Of a stretch of 39,971 nt of DNA, positions 18,354-27,716 are shown piece after piece. The stretch is from a virus (lineage: Duplodnaviria; Caudoviricetes), in IMG/VR virus record IMGVR_UViG_3300049927_000070, positions 1 through 39,971 of that record, one strand, 5' to 3'. The notes beneath the pieces were generated by a model, which was not told the DNA's origin, ran no database searches, and saw nothing but the letters and a program-made list of their open reading frames with translations. A program made the translations under genes and the position numbers. Within the stretch, counting starts at the first letter, position 1; each line of letters opens with the position of its first letter.

Positions 18354-18551
18354 TCAGGGTCCGTATTGGTGGATTTCCAGCGCAGGCACCTGAGGATCGA
18401 CGGCGATCGTGTAGCCTCCGTCGTAGTGGTCGACACGGACCCCGCAGCCTGCCTGAAGCGCCCGCCAGCACATCCGGTCCACGTCCTGCGAGTACTTGGT
18501 GAGGGAGGAGCGTACGATCTGCTGAACCAGATCGTGGTAGGCCTCGGTCAT
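18354..18551 (-). CDS. Hypothetical protein
   Basis: MTEAYHDL...; ATGA overlap with the upstream gene. Confidence 0.6.
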   Translation of the reverse strand: MTEAYHDLVQQIVRSSLTKYSQDVDRMCWRALQAGCGVRVDHYDGGYTIAVDPQVPALEIHQYGP

Positions 18552-18949
18552 GACGGTACCGGCTTGGCGCTGAGGATGGCGTTCCGGACGGATTCCGAGA
18601 CATCGTGGTCCCATGCATGTAGCGCGACGATCCTGACAAGCTCGTCAAGGCCGTGTACGTCTACGGTGATGGCGTACTGGGTCTTCTTTGGTGTGTCCGG
18701 TACGGGCACGGTGACGGGGTCTTCGGTCCGCCGCCTGAGCTCGTGACCCATCACCCGGACGGTGGTGCCGTCCTCGAACAATACCCGGTGTCCGGTGCCG
18801 CGCGTGTAGTGTGAGTCCGGCTCCTCGGTGCTGACGATTGTGGCCCGCTTGAGGTGGTACCCGGCGTAGAAGGGGTCGTACTTGGATAGTGCGACAAAAA
18901 CTTTGTCGCCGACCTTGAACTCTGTATCGTTTGTCATGTTTTCTATCAT
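18548..18949 (-). CDS. Hypothetical protein with KOW/SH3-like N-terminus
   Basis: AAGGAGG SD then MIENMTNDTEFKVGDKVFV. The 333-aa track ORF is over-extended across two other genes. Confidence 0.65.
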   Translation of the reverse strand: MIENMTNDTEFKVGDKVFVALSKYDPFYAGYHLKRATIVSTEEPDSHYTRGTGHRVLFEDGTTVRVMGHELRRRTEDPVTVPVPDTPKKTQYAITVDVHGLDELVRIVALHAWDHDVSESVRNAILSAKPVPS

Positions 18950-19314
18950 ACCAAGATGTCCTCCTTGGTGTAAAGCCACGCACTGACAGGGTAGACCAAG
19001 ATCCCGAGGGCTGCGGCCAGATAGATCTCGGCGTTGGCACCCTTGGAGTACTCCCAGTTGGGAAGCAAGGCCAGTCCGTCCGCGTGGTCGCAGATCCAGC
19101 TGAGGTCTTGCTTGAGGGTGGTCCGCAGGTCGAAGCCGAGGGACATCGCCTCGTGCCCCTTGTGGCCGGTGAAGTCGAAGCCGTTGGCGCGGTCGTTCTC
19201 CGCAGGGTTGAAGACGGTATAGCCGTGTGAAGTCAGGAGCTCGGCGGCTGCGTCGAAGGCCGGGAAGTTGTAGGACTCGATCCCGGACATGGGTCCACAG
19301 ATGTAGAGCTTCAC
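18946..19314 (-). CDS. DUF4406 / nucleoside 2-deoxyribosyltransferase-like protein
   Basis: LYICGPMSG..YNFPAF, VFNPAE and LPNWEYSKGANAE motifs. Confidence 0.85.
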   Translation of the reverse strand: MKLYICGPMSGIESYNFPAFDAAAELLTSHGYTVFNPAENDRANGFDFTGHKGHEAMSLGFDLRTTLKQDLSWICDHADGLALLPNWEYSKGANAEIYLAAALGILVYPVSAWLYTKEDILV

Positions 19315-19709
19315 TTCTTGTCTCCGTACATCTTGATGAGGTTGGCGGCGTACGGGCCGTTGAGGACCCTGATCCCGTAGCTAGGGAGCAGGTCGGCGTC
19401 GGGGAGGTTCGTAGACAGGATGATCTCTGCCTGATCGACGTTGACTCCGTATGCATCGAACAAAAGCCCCGGCAATACCCAATCGAAGTTGTCGAAGGCA
19501 ATTCCCACACCGGACGGGTCGGTAAGGCCTTCGAGGTGGTCCTTCGCATCGACGTAGTGTATGAACTTATGGGAGAGGCCTTCGTCCGCCATGATGTCGC
19601 CGGTCTGCGCGTTGAGTCCGACGATGTAGCGGTTGTCCTTCTCCTTGACCCACTGGATCAGGGCGTACGTCTTGCCTGCGCCGCTACCGGCGTTCATGAT
19701 CTGGATCAT
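19311..19709 (-). CDS. Short P-loop-containing protein
   Basis: N-terminal AGSGAGKT Walker A motif; only 132 aa. Confidence 0.6.
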   Translation of the reverse strand: MIQIMNAGSGAGKTYALIQWVKEKDNRYIVGLNAQTGDIMADEGLSHKFIHYVDAKDHLEGLTDPSGVGIAFDNFDWVLPGLLFDAYGVNVDQAEIILSTNLPDADLLPSYGIRVLNGPYAANLIKMYGDKK

Positions 19710-19936
19710 TGTGTGTCCTCGTCCATGCGCCGGAGGGTGTGTTCCTGAAGCTGATCCTTCATCTCGGTGAGGTGGACGATGACGCCCAAGCTGATGATCT
19801 TCGCGAGAGGCTCGGGCTGGGCGTCGTGCATCGTCTGGAGGAACGCGATCTCAAGGTCGAGCCATTCGAGGATGGCGGCGACGGTCATGGTAGGTGTTCG
19901 GCGAGAGAGCGGGTTCATGTAGTTGTCGTGGCTCAC
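19706..19936 (-). CDS. Hypothetical protein
   Basis: 76 aa, overlapping operon. Confidence 0.6.
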   Translation of the reverse strand: MSHDNYMNPLSRRTPTMTVAAILEWLDLEIAFLQTMHDAQPEPLAKIISLGVIVHLTEMKDQLQEHTLRRMDEDTQ

Positions 19937-20100
19937 TGTTCTTCGTCTTCCCAGTAGTCGGAGTCGCCCGCGTCGTAGTAATCTGCCGGGTAGGGCTCCT
20001 CGTCCTCTTCGACGGGATTGGTCGGGCCGGTGGTCAGGTCGAGGTAGGGGCCGACTGCTCCGAGGAGCGGCTGGAGGTCGTCGTTGGTGTCTTCGTTCAT
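19933..20100 (-). CDS. Small acidic protein
   Basis: MNEDTNDD...EDEEQ; ATGA overlap. Confidence 0.55.
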   Translation of the reverse strand: MNEDTNDDLQPLLGAVGPYLDLTTGPTNPVEEDEEPYPADYYDAGDSDYWEDEEQ

Positions 20101-20330
20101 CGGGTCAGGTCCGTTCGGTTGTCGCATAGTGCTTCGATGATGAGCTCCGGGGAGAGCAGGATGTAGTGGTCGGACTGCGCCCACGTTTCGGCGATGGATT
20201 CGCCCGCGCCTTGGGGCAGGGTGGACTCGACTTGGTAGGCCTTCTTCGGGACGAAGTAGGTGTAGTCGGGATCGTACTCGTCGGTCTCCTTGGAGAAGGT
20301 GATCCGGATGTCCATGTAGTGCTTAGGCAT
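20097..20330 (-). CDS. Hypothetical protein
   Basis: 77 aa, operonic. Confidence 0.6.
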   Translation of the reverse strand: MPKHYMDIRITFSKETDEYDPDYTYFVPKKAYQVESTLPQGAGESIAETWAQSDHYILLSPELIIEALCDNRTDLTR

Positions 20331-20646
20331 TGAGGCCCTCCAGACGGAGCAGGGCGTTGGTCACGCCGACGTATTCTTCGGGGGTCATGTCGGTTCCGTT
20401 CTCATGGATGCCCATGTAGGCGCTGTAGGTGATACCTGCACGGTGGCAGTCTTCGAGCTCTTTCATCTGGGCCTTGGCGTCCTCCACGGTGATGACCGTG
20501 TCGCACCAGTAATAAAGCTCCTCTTGGGACTTCAGCAGGTTGGAGGCGACGGGGTTGTGGCACGTGAGGCAGGTGGATGTCAGGATGCGTGTGGTCTTGT
20601 GCTTTGTTTCGGTGTATGCAAAGACTGCGGCGCACGGCGCACCCAT
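20323..20646 (-). CDS. Hypothetical protein
   Basis: 107 aa with CxxC; operonic. Confidence 0.6.
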   Translation of the reverse strand: MGAPCAAVFAYTETKHKTTRILTSTCLTCHNPVASNLLKSQEELYYWCDTVITVEDAKAQMKELEDCHRAGITYSAYMGIHENGTDMTPEEYVGVTNALLRLEGLNA

Positions 20647-21005
20647 CAGAGGACACCCTTGAAGGCATCGGAGATGTCGCTAACCAGTTCGTGGGGGTCG
20701 TCCCAGAAGGTGTGGATGGCGTACTCGATGTCGTCCTTGGTCGTGCCTTCGGGCAGGGCGTCGTTAATACGTTCGACGCGCCAAAGGTATACACCGTTGA
20801 TGTCGGGATCGATCTCGCGCCCGAAGACGAAGCGGACGTCGATGTAGCCTTCGTTGACGGCAGTCACCGATGGTTCAAGGACTTCGGCATCGAGCTCGTC
20901 AAACGTGGGTTCGGGCGTTGGCCGTTCCGTGCGCGTGTAGCTGATGCCGCCTCGCTTGGCACTCGTGGGGACCAGAATCATCGGGGTCTTGAACGGTAGC
21001 ATCAT
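20646..21005 (-). CDS. Hypothetical protein
   Basis: 119 aa, operonic. Confidence 0.6.
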   Translation of the reverse strand: MMLPFKTPMILVPTSAKRGGISYTRTERPTPEPTFDELDAEVLEPSVTAVNEGYIDVRFVFGREIDPDINGVYLWRVERINDALPEGTTKDDIEYAIHTFWDDPHELVSDISDAFKGVL

Positions 21006-21250
21006 GGCTTCTTTCGGTAGGGATTGAAGTTGGTCCAGCCGGAGACGCCGGAGTAGCCGGAGTCCTGATATTCGGCGTTGGTGAAGCCCTTGTCGTAGGC
21101 CAGTTCGAGCAGGGCCATGATCTCCCGGACGTACTCGTAGCGCTCATCCAGCGGTGCGGCATCGGGAAGAGCAGTGGACTCGACCCAGTCGAGGGTGTCT
21201 TGATAAAGTTCGTCGTATTGTTTGACGAATTCTTCGTGAGAAATTGTCAT
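21002..21250 (-). CDS. Hypothetical protein, paralogous to the C-terminus of 21253-22509
   Basis: REIMALLELAYDKGF...NPY. Confidence 0.65.
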   Translation of the reverse strand: MTISHEEFVKQYDELYQDTLDWVESTALPDAAPLDERYEYVREIMALLELAYDKGFTNAEYQDSGYSGVSGWTNFNPYRKKP

Positions 21251-21252
21251 GA

Positions 21253-22509
21253 CTAGTTCTGATACGGGTTGGTCTCGGCGGTGGTCAGGCCGAGAGCGAA
21301 GCCCTCGTTGTAGGCGTAGGCGAGCAGTTCCATGATTTCCTTGGCGGCGAACTCGAAGTCCTGCTCGCGGGGGTTCACGCGCAGGATCGCGAGGGCGTCG
21401 TAGACACTGCTGAGGTTCTTGGAGTAGTCGGATTCGGCGGGGACGTGAGAGGTGAGGAGGTCGGCCTTGTAGAGGTGGTCTGCTTTTTCGGCGGGCATGG
21501 TGACCTTTTTCGTGAAGTCGTGCGGGGTGAAGATGGTGCGGAAGACGCTGGTGCTGTATATGCAGAAGTGCGGGAGCTCGTTGTCGCGCCGGGTGATGGT
21601 GACCCAGTCTCCGGGACGGACGGTGACCGGGACGGTGGAGTCCTTCGGCGCGTTGAAGACTTCGATGTATCTGGGGTCGTGGAGGAAGAGGGCCGTGGTG
21701 TCGTGGAGGTGCTGGAAGGTGTCCCCGTAGGGGGAGAGCATGTCCCGGAGGAGGATGTAGTTTCGCTCGGGCTCGTACTGCATCGCGTAAACAGTGAAGG
21801 GGGCCTGTGTCTCGCTCAGGCGGCGGTACGTCTGGATATCATGATACACAGGTTTGGTCTTCTCTTCAACTGGGAGAGGAGACGGGAACTTGGTGAGTTC
21901 GACCGGTATGTACAGATCGTGAAAGCGGTCGAGAGGGAGTGCGAAGACCACGGTCGGGTCCTCTCCGTGGACGATGGCGACCTGTCCGGGGTAGACCCAC
22001 GTGGTGGAGATGGAGTCACCCCTGTCCTGTACCGCACCGATGGCTGGGAGTGATGCCCCGGTCTTGTGGTTGACGGTGGACGTGGAGATGGAGAGCCTGT
22101 TGAGCCGGTTATCGAGGAAACGCCGGACGTCGACGGCGTTACTTTCGTCGGGGAGGTAGTAGTGGGCCTCGACAACCAGCGCGTCCTTGAGGTAACCGTC
22201 GGTCTTGGCGACGTAGTGTCCGCCCGTGGGCAGTGGATGGTAGTTGGCGTCGAAGAACTGCTGGGTCAGTACGGCAAAAGATTTGTCGGGGTATGCGACC
22301 GCCCTGAATCCGGGGTAGATGCGGTAGTCGTTGGCCCTGAAGCCTCCGAACCGGATGACGACCGTAGTGCCTTCGGCGGCAATGGCTCTGGCCTTGATGC
22401 GGGACGACAAAAACGCCACCACCTCCGATTGGTTGCTGCCGTCTTCCTTGTAGAAGAGGGCCTCGACTATCAGAGATGGTGACGTCTTGTTCTGAAACTT
22501 CTCGTACAT
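21253..22509 (-). CDS. Protein with three internal repeats and a C-terminal helical domain
   Basis: 418 aa; repeated VEA/VYA...(Y/R)PG...F units; AAGGA SD. Confidence 0.75.
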   Translation of the reverse strand: MYEKFQNKTSPSLIVEALFYKEDGSNQSEVVAFLSSRIKARAIAAEGTTVVIRFGGFRANDYRIYPGFRAVAYPDKSFAVLTQQFFDANYHPLPTGGHYVAKTDGYLKDALVVEAHYYLPDESNAVDVRRFLDNRLNRLSISTSTVNHKTGASLPAIGAVQDRGDSISTTWVYPGQVAIVHGEDPTVVFALPLDRFHDLYIPVELTKFPSPLPVEEKTKPVYHDIQTYRRLSETQAPFTVYAMQYEPERNYILLRDMLSPYGDTFQHLHDTTALFLHDPRYIEVFNAPKDSTVPVTVRPGDWVTITRRDNELPHFCIYSTSVFRTIFTPHDFTKKVTMPAEKADHLYKADLLTSHVPAESDYSKNLSSVYDALAILRVNPREQDFEFAAKEIMELLAYAYNEGFALGLTTAETNPYQN

Positions 22510-22644
22510 ACGTGGTGTCCTTGAATTTCTGGGGGGTCGGTGGGTGTTGGCTCTTCCCTTAGTATAGCCAACCGTCCACTCGAATGCAAGGACTCCTGTG
22601 TACCTTAGTCAGGTTCGTTGTTGGTGGTGCGGGTGTGAGGTTCC

Positions 22645-23154
22645 TTAGGCCTCGTTCGTTTCGTCGTAGGTGTCTTCGAGCTCTGGGTCGTCCACACGCA
22701 TTCCGGCGTTGTAGTAGGCTTCGGCGATGTTCTGCGTGGCCTGTGTGCGCTGGCGCTTGGCCCGGTTGGGCTGGGTGGAGAGGTAGGCCTCCTCCAGCAG
22801 GTGGATCTGGCGCAGCCGGAGCTTGGCCTCTGCACGGGTGCGGGACTCGCGCTCTTCACGCTCCTTGGCCTTCTTGAGGATGATCTCGCGCCGGATGGAG
22901 AGGGCCTCCAGTGCCGCGATGGCACGGTAGCGGATCTCGCCGTCCGACTGGGAGATGTCGTGTGCTATTTCCTCGGGTGAGCCGTAAGCTTCATCCAGAG
23001 GTGGAGCCTCGCCGAGAAGGGCCAGCGCGATGTGGAGGCGGTCATCCTCCGTTGGGGTGAAATCTAGTCCCGTACCGTGGGAGTCGATCTCGATGGTGTC
23101 GGTGTCGATTTTCAGGAGTGTGTCGCCGTTGTGGGCGGTTTCAAATGTTTTCAT
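22645..23154 (-). CDS. Hypothetical protein (leaderless)
   Basis: 169 aa; TTGACA(23184-23189)-N17-TACCTT-N6-ATG. Confidence 0.7.
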   Translation of the reverse strand: MKTFETAHNGDTLLKIDTDTIEIDSHGTGLDFTPTEDDRLHIALALLGEAPPLDEAYGSPEEIAHDISQSDGEIRYRAIAALEALSIRREIILKKAKEREERESRTRAEAKLRLRQIHLLEEAYLSTQPNRAKRQRTQATQNIAEAYYNAGMRVDDPELEDTYDETNEA

Positions 23155-23414
23155 AGCTCAAAGGTACATGGAGGTCAAGTCGGTGTCAAGGGTGTCTCGC
23201 AAGGGGTTGACATGGGTGTATGCTAACGAATATTTTTTGGAAATTTGGAGAGCGGGTACCGCGATGGTAAAAGCGGCACCCCCCGATTCGTTTCAAAAAC
23301 ACCGCAACCGCATCCCAGCCGTTCCGCAGACGGCATTGCAAATGTTGCAAAACTTACAAGGCAAGCATGCCGTACGGCCCCGGCCAGCTGGCGAGTCCTC
23401 GGGCGCAGCTTGTC

Positions 23415-23685
23415 AGAGACAAGAGACAAGAGACACAACACTAAGAACTCACACAACACTCACAACACAAGACTCCTACCTAGTCTTGACACAGCCTCAC
23501 ACAGAGGCACACTCACGAGCCTCACAACAGAGGCACACAGAGCACCACCTACACACAGCCCTGACACAGAGCTACACACAACCTCACACAGAGACACAGT
23601 GACAGAGCCTCACACTCCACCTCCTACAGCCAAGGCCTACACAGCCCTCACACCCACCACCTACACAAGACACAACACACAAAGA
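23415..23685 (+). repeat. Strand-biased CA-rich low-complexity tract (CACACAGAG/CTCACAC units)
   Basis: About 270 bp dominated by A and C with very little T. Confidence 0.85.
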
Positions 23686-23766
23686 TGTTTCACCCTGCCC
23701 TTGCAACCCACTAGACAGGGGTGTATATTTAGAGGTGTAGGCAGGACAACCCCACAGGAGCACACC

Positions 23767-24228
23767 ATGAATATTCACACCAAGATTGCGAAGGCCGTTT
23801 TCTACTACGTTGCAATTCTTGCAGCCGTCGTTTCGTTGGCCGTCCTAAATAATCACCCGACAAACGTAGCCGTCCAGCAGCCGGTAAAATCTTCAGCCGG
23901 AATTTCGCAGCCCGTCGACCCAGCCGGTACCGACACCTCCACAGCAGCGGACGCCGGAATTATTAAGGCCTCCCAAACCTGCGCCGATCAAGGCTACCTC
24001 GGATGCTCTGACGACGTCAGAGACTACTGGGCAAAGGACGCATATAACGCCTACGCCGCCCCTATTGGTGGCACCTCACGCGCCGATATCCTCAAGGGTT
24101 TCGTGGCCTCATACGAGGGCAGCTACACCGGCCCCGTCAACTGGGGACCAACCTACCTGAACGTACGGTCCTTGACCTCACCAGATGTCTATCACGTCTT
24201 CCACGTGATCCAGCCTCGCAACGCCTAG
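23767..24228 (+). CDS. Membrane-anchored exported protein (WAKDAY...YHVF family)
   Basis: AGGAG SD; N-terminal TM helix; paralogous to 32909-33304. Confidence 0.75.
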   Translation: MNIHTKIAKAVFYYVAILAAVVSLAVLNNHPTNVAVQQPVKSSAGISQPVDPAGTDTSTAADAGIIKASQTCADQGYLGCSDDVRDYWAKDAYNAYAAPIGGTSRADILKGFVASYEGSYTGPVNWGPTYLNVRSLTSPDVYHVFHVIQPRNA

Positions 24229-24235
24229 CCCGACA

Positions 24236-24260
24236 GCCCCCGTCGAAAGACGGGGGTTCT
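24236..24260 (+). terminator. Intrinsic terminator
   Basis: GCCCCCGTC-GAAA-GACGGGGGT hairpin after the stop. Confidence 0.65.
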
Positions 24261-24288
24261 GTAATTCTTGCAAAGGACACCACCCAAC

Positions 24289-24813
24289 ATGAACACCACA
24301 GCAGCCCGTCGACACGCTCGCAACCTCATGATCAAGCATGGTCTGTCAGCATGGCGCCTCGACTTCATGAATAACACCAAGACAGCAGCCCTCACACACT
24401 TCAAGAAACACCTCATAGAGCTCTCCGTCGAGTTCACCCAAGCCTACGATCAAGAGCAGCTTACGCAGCTTGTCCTCCACGAGATTGCCCACGCGTACAG
24501 GGGACGGGGCAAGGAGCACGCCCATGACGAGCGCTGGCTATTCATTGCCCGCCTCATTGGCTACACCGGGGACGAGTGCATGCCAGCCGACTACCCCACC
24601 CCCAAAATAGTCTGGGATATCGTCTGCACCACTACTGGCCTAATCCAGCAAGTCCACACAGCACCCGACGCCGCCGATTGCAAAAATTGCAATTCCGAGC
24701 ATTGCACCCCCATTGTCCAGCGTCGCCAGATAGTCCGGGCCGACCTCCACACCATCCCTACCCCACCACACATCGCAGCCCGAGCAATCCGGAAACTGTT
24801 CCGTCGCCCTTGA
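24289..24813 (+). CDS. SprT-like zinc metalloprotease
   Basis: IELS...LVLHEIAHA...HDERW...IG and C-terminal Cys pairs. Confidence 0.85.
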   Translation: MNTTAARRHARNLMIKHGLSAWRLDFMNNTKTAALTHFKKHLIELSVEFTQAYDQEQLTQLVLHEIAHAYRGRGKEHAHDERWLFIARLIGYTGDECMPADYPTPKIVWDIVCTTTGLIQQVHTAPDAADCKNCNSEHCTPIVQRRQIVRADLHTIPTPPHIAARAIRKLFRRP

Positions 24814-24868
24814 CACTCCACCCCAGCCCCCATATTGTTGGTACACCACCAACAATCGAAGGAACAAA

Positions 24869-24985
24869 GTGGAAACGCTCGCTATCATCCCCGCCCTGTT
24901 CGCCCTCACCACTCTCACACTCGGAGCAACAGCCCTAGCCGTCGTCGGCCTCGCACTAAGGATCTACGCAGCGTTCACCGCCTAA
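24869..24985 (+). CDS. 38-aa membrane peptide
   Basis: GAAGGA SD, GTG start, hydrophobic; TTGACA promoter at 24810. Confidence 0.55.
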   Translation: METLAIIPALFALTTLTLGATALAVVGLALRIYAAFTA

Positions 24986-24997
24986 CCACCTAACAAG

Positions 24998-25028
24998 TCC
25001 CGGCCCAACCAGCCGGGATTTTTCTTTG
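24998..25028 (+). terminator. Intrinsic terminator
   Basis: TCCCGGC-N7-GCCGGGA followed by TTTTTCTTT. Confidence 0.75.
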
Positions 25029-25031
25029 CCT

Positions 25032-25081
25032 ACTAGTTGACAACTGTGTATCTAACCCATAGACTTGATACATCAGCAAGA
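25032..25081 (+). promoter_or_regulatory. Promoter/leader cassette, identical 50-bp copy 1
   Basis: TTGACA-N17-TAGACT; identical to 26765-26814. Confidence 0.85.
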
Positions 25082-25104
25082 AACACCCAAGCAAAGGAAC
25101 GATC

Positions 25105-25371
25105 ATGAACATCGCAACCCTCGTCGCAGTCACAGGAAACCAGCACGGCGGCGGGCTCGGAACCGTGATCGGCCTTGCAATTGTTGCAATCGTCGTCCTA
25201 GTTGCCGGTGTCCGGTTCACCATCCTCGACATCATCGACAATCGGGCACGCAAAATTGGTGACGCCGTCTACGCCGAAATGAGGGCGGAAAATGACCCCA
25301 AGCTCGCCCGTGACTGGCAGCTGTTCGCCGCTGAATACCAAGCCCGACTCGCAGCAAGACGTGCCAAGTAG
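25105..25371 (+). CDS. Membrane protein
   Basis: AAAGGA SD; one TM helix. Confidence 0.7.
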   Translation: MNIATLVAVTGNQHGGGLGTVIGLAIVAIVVLVAGVRFTILDIIDNRARKIGDAVYAEMRAENDPKLARDWQLFAAEYQARLAARRAK

Positions 25372-25503
25372 TTTGACAACTGTATATCTTTAGTGCAATA
25401 ATTAATACATCAGCAAGAAACACAGACATACGGAGTGATTCAGATGATGAAACGCAGTCTTGCACACGAAAACCTCAGGTTCCACGCAAACAAAGGACAC
25501 ACA

Positions 25504-25887
25504 ATGGACTTCACCTCAGCTGCCCAGATCCTCGTTTCTGCCACCCTCGCCGAAGGTGGGGCGACTATGAACCCCAAGACGCTCACCCTTGAGACCACCC
25601 CCGTAACCCTCGTCGGAGGTGCAACCGACATCACGGGCAACCGAGTCCCTGAGACCTCCATCCCCGTGGATGACTTCACCGAAGAATTCGCAGCCGAATA
25701 CATCCGGCGTATGTCAGTCCTCGCCCGTGATTCCTACATCGGAACGTGGATCGAAAACGGCCTAGTCATCCTCGACGCAGCCGACGCCTTTGAGTCCCTC
25801 AACGCCGCTATGTTCATTGCAACGGAGCGCGGCGAACGTGCCGTGTACACCATCGGAGTTGGCGAAACAGTAGTCCAGTACGCCTAA
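25504..25887 (+). CDS. Hypothetical protein
   Basis: AAAGGA SD; GGAT...YIGTW...LD...GERAVY pattern. Confidence 0.7.
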   Translation: MDFTSAAQILVSATLAEGGATMNPKTLTLETTPVTLVGGATDITGNRVPETSIPVDDFTEEFAAEYIRRMSVLARDSYIGTWIENGLVILDAADAFESLNAAMFIATERGERAVYTIGVGETVVQYA

Positions 25888-25898
25888 CCCTACCTGCA

Positions 25899-25930
25899 AG
25901 GCCCGTCACCTAAGTGGCGGGCTTTTGCTT
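25899..25930 (+). terminator. Intrinsic terminator
   Basis: GCCCGTCAC-CTAA-GTGGCGGGC followed by TTTT. Confidence 0.7.
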
Positions 25931-26016
25931 TGCCCTAAAGCATCTATTGACAAGTGTGTATCTATGCCTCATACTGAATACAGAGCAGCAAACCACAGCA
26001 AACAAAGGATCAAGCC

Positions 26017-26769
26017 ATGCGTATCGTCCCCACCCTCGCAGCAGTCGCAGTAGCTACCACCCTCGCGCTGACCGGTTGCACCACCTCAACACCTACCACC
26101 CCGGCCCCCACTCGCGAGTCCTCCACCACAGCCCCGATTGCTCGCCCCACAGCAACACCTACCCCCACACCCACGCCGTCCACCACCCCGGCCCCCGTAG
26201 CCGCCCCACTGGATACGATCACGGCCCCTACATGCCAAGAGGATGAGCCGTGTTGGGATTGCACAACCATGGGAAACCTCACCTGTGGCCAGACCGCCGA
26301 ACCTCTTGCAAACTCTGCGGCGAACACCCCGGCAATCGCCGTCCCCCAGCCCGTAGCTGCCCCTGTCCCGGCCCCTCAGCCCGTCAAGGTCCAGACACCC
26401 ACCCCAGCCGCTACTAAGCCCGTACAGACACAGCCAGCACCCAGCCTCGCACCTCTAACGTATGAGCAGCGCGTAGCACTGTGTGGCAAGATTGCAGCCC
26501 CTGAAAAGTCCCCGTACTGCGTCGATATCAAGGACACACGGATCGACACCCCGGCCATTCGTCAAGACGCCCTTGCAAATCTTGCAATCGGCTGGACCAC
26601 TGACCTCACGTCCGTAGAGTTGCGCGAGACCTTCCGAGACACCTACCTCCGCTCCGACTCTGCGGCCCCGGCAACCCAGCCCGGAACGATCATTGTAAAA
26701 TCTGCAATGACCCCCAACGTCTGGCACACCTTCAAGCTCAACCGCGACACAGCCTTCAAACAGCACTAG
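26017..26769 (+). CDS. Lipoprotein with Pro/Thr-rich linkers and a CQEDEPCWDCTTMGNLTCG motif
   Basis: Signal peptide with LTGC lipobox; own TTGACA promoter at about 25947. Confidence 0.8.
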   Translation: MRIVPTLAAVAVATTLALTGCTTSTPTTPAPTRESSTTAPIARPTATPTPTPTPSTTPAPVAAPLDTITAPTCQEDEPCWDCTTMGNLTCGQTAEPLANSAANTPAIAVPQPVAAPVPAPQPVKVQTPTPAATKPVQTQPAPSLAPLTYEQRVALCGKIAAPEKSPYCVDIKDTRIDTPAIRQDALANLAIGWTTDLTSVELRETFRDTYLRSDSAAPATQPGTIIVKSAMTPNVWHTFKLNRDTAFKQH

Positions 26770-26814
26770 TTGACAACTGTGTATCTAACCCATAGACTTG
26801 ATACATCAGCAAGA
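26765..26814 (+). promoter_or_regulatory. Promoter/leader cassette, identical 50-bp copy 2
   Basis: Identical to 25032-25081. Confidence 0.85.
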
Positions 26815-26833
26815 CACCACAAAGGAGCACGAA

Positions 26834-27085
26834 ATGACCACCCTGAATCGCGACCAAATCATCTCCGTAGGCCACTCCCTCCCGGCAATCATGGAATACA
26901 TGGAAGCAGCTGAGGTCACCGTCACCCTGACCCACACCACCCTCAAGGGCGAACCTCGCGCCCACCTCGACCCCACTAACGGAAACACCCTCACGATCGT
27001 CGACAAGCGCCACGGCGAAGTCGAGCTCTTCTCCCACAAATACAATAACTTCCTCCCTCACAACCTCGTGAACATCCGCTTCTAG
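26834..27085 (+). CDS. Hypothetical protein
   Basis: AAAGGAG SD; followed by a terminator hairpin at about 27099-27130. Confidence 0.7.
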   Translation: MTTLNRDQIISVGHSLPAIMEYMEAAEVTVTLTHTTLKGEPRAHLDPTNGNTLTIVDKRHGEVELFSHKYNNFLPHNLVNIRF

Positions 27086-27210
27086 TCAAGCCCCGAGAAT
27101 CCCCGGTCACCATGGCCGGGGATTTTCTTTTGCCCAACAGTTGACAAGTGTGTATCCCAGGTCTTAGACTGATTACACAAGCAAGGAATACCCCGAACAA
27201 AGGAACTGAA

Positions 27211-27510
27211 ATGACCGCCTCCAAGATCACCGTCACCGAAGGTTTCTACCTCGTCAACGCAGGCGCATTCAAGGTCACCCGCAGCAAGGAGTCAGGCCGA
27301 CTCTACGCAAAGAAGCTCGACCTCGACACCGGCAAGTTCGAATATGACAAGGGCGCAATCTTCAACCTCCGCCCCGAGACCCGGATGACCAAGGAGCAGG
27401 CAGCAGCCTACGGGCGCGAGACCGGGATCTGCATGATTTGCAACCGGACTCTCACAGACCCTAAGTCCATCGCACAGGGTATCGGCCCCATCTGCATCAA
27501 AGGCTTCTAA
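27211..27510 (+). CDS. DUF6011-like Zn-ribbon protein
   Basis: YGRETGICMICNRTLTDPKSIAQGIGPIC motif. Confidence 0.8.
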   Translation: MTASKITVTEGFYLVNAGAFKVTRSKESGRLYAKKLDLDTGKFEYDKGAIFNLRPETRMTKEQAAAYGRETGICMICNRTLTDPKSIAQGIGPICIKGF

Positions 27511-27517
27511 CCCACAA

Positions 27518-27556
27518 GAAAAGCCCCGGCTACCGAGAGGTAGACCGGGGCATTTC
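27518..27556. terminator. Terminator at the convergence point of the plus and minus early genes
   Basis: GCCCCGG-CTACC-GAGA-GGTAG-ACCGGGGC hairpin flanked by A and T runs. Confidence 0.7.
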
Positions 27557-27566
27557 GTCGTCTCAG

Positions 27567-27716
27567 CTAGGGCGTCAACACGGCCTCAGCCAGCAGCAGC
27601 ACCACAGCCAGTGTCACCAGATACTGTGCGGCACCCCAGTCACCCAGTACGGCGAACACTCCGGACGTCACCACCAACACGCTTGCAAAAATTGCAAACC
27701 AGCGAACCCTACTCAT
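27567..27716 (-). CDS. Small membrane protein (about 49 aa)
   Basis: MSRVRWFAIFASVLVV...; hydrophobic; AAGGA SD. Confidence 0.5.
   Translation of the reverse strand: MSRVRWFAIFASVLVVTSGVFAVLGDWGAAQYLVTLAVVLLLAEAVLTP

Noticed and set aside
18548-19549. 333-aa ORF as listed in the track
   Set aside because: Its 5' part overlaps the DUF4406 and P-loop genes; an SD supports a start at 18949.
23245-23766. N-terminal extension of the 327-aa ORF
   Set aside because: Read-through of a T-poor repeat tract that lacks stops; a promoter and SD support ATG 23767.
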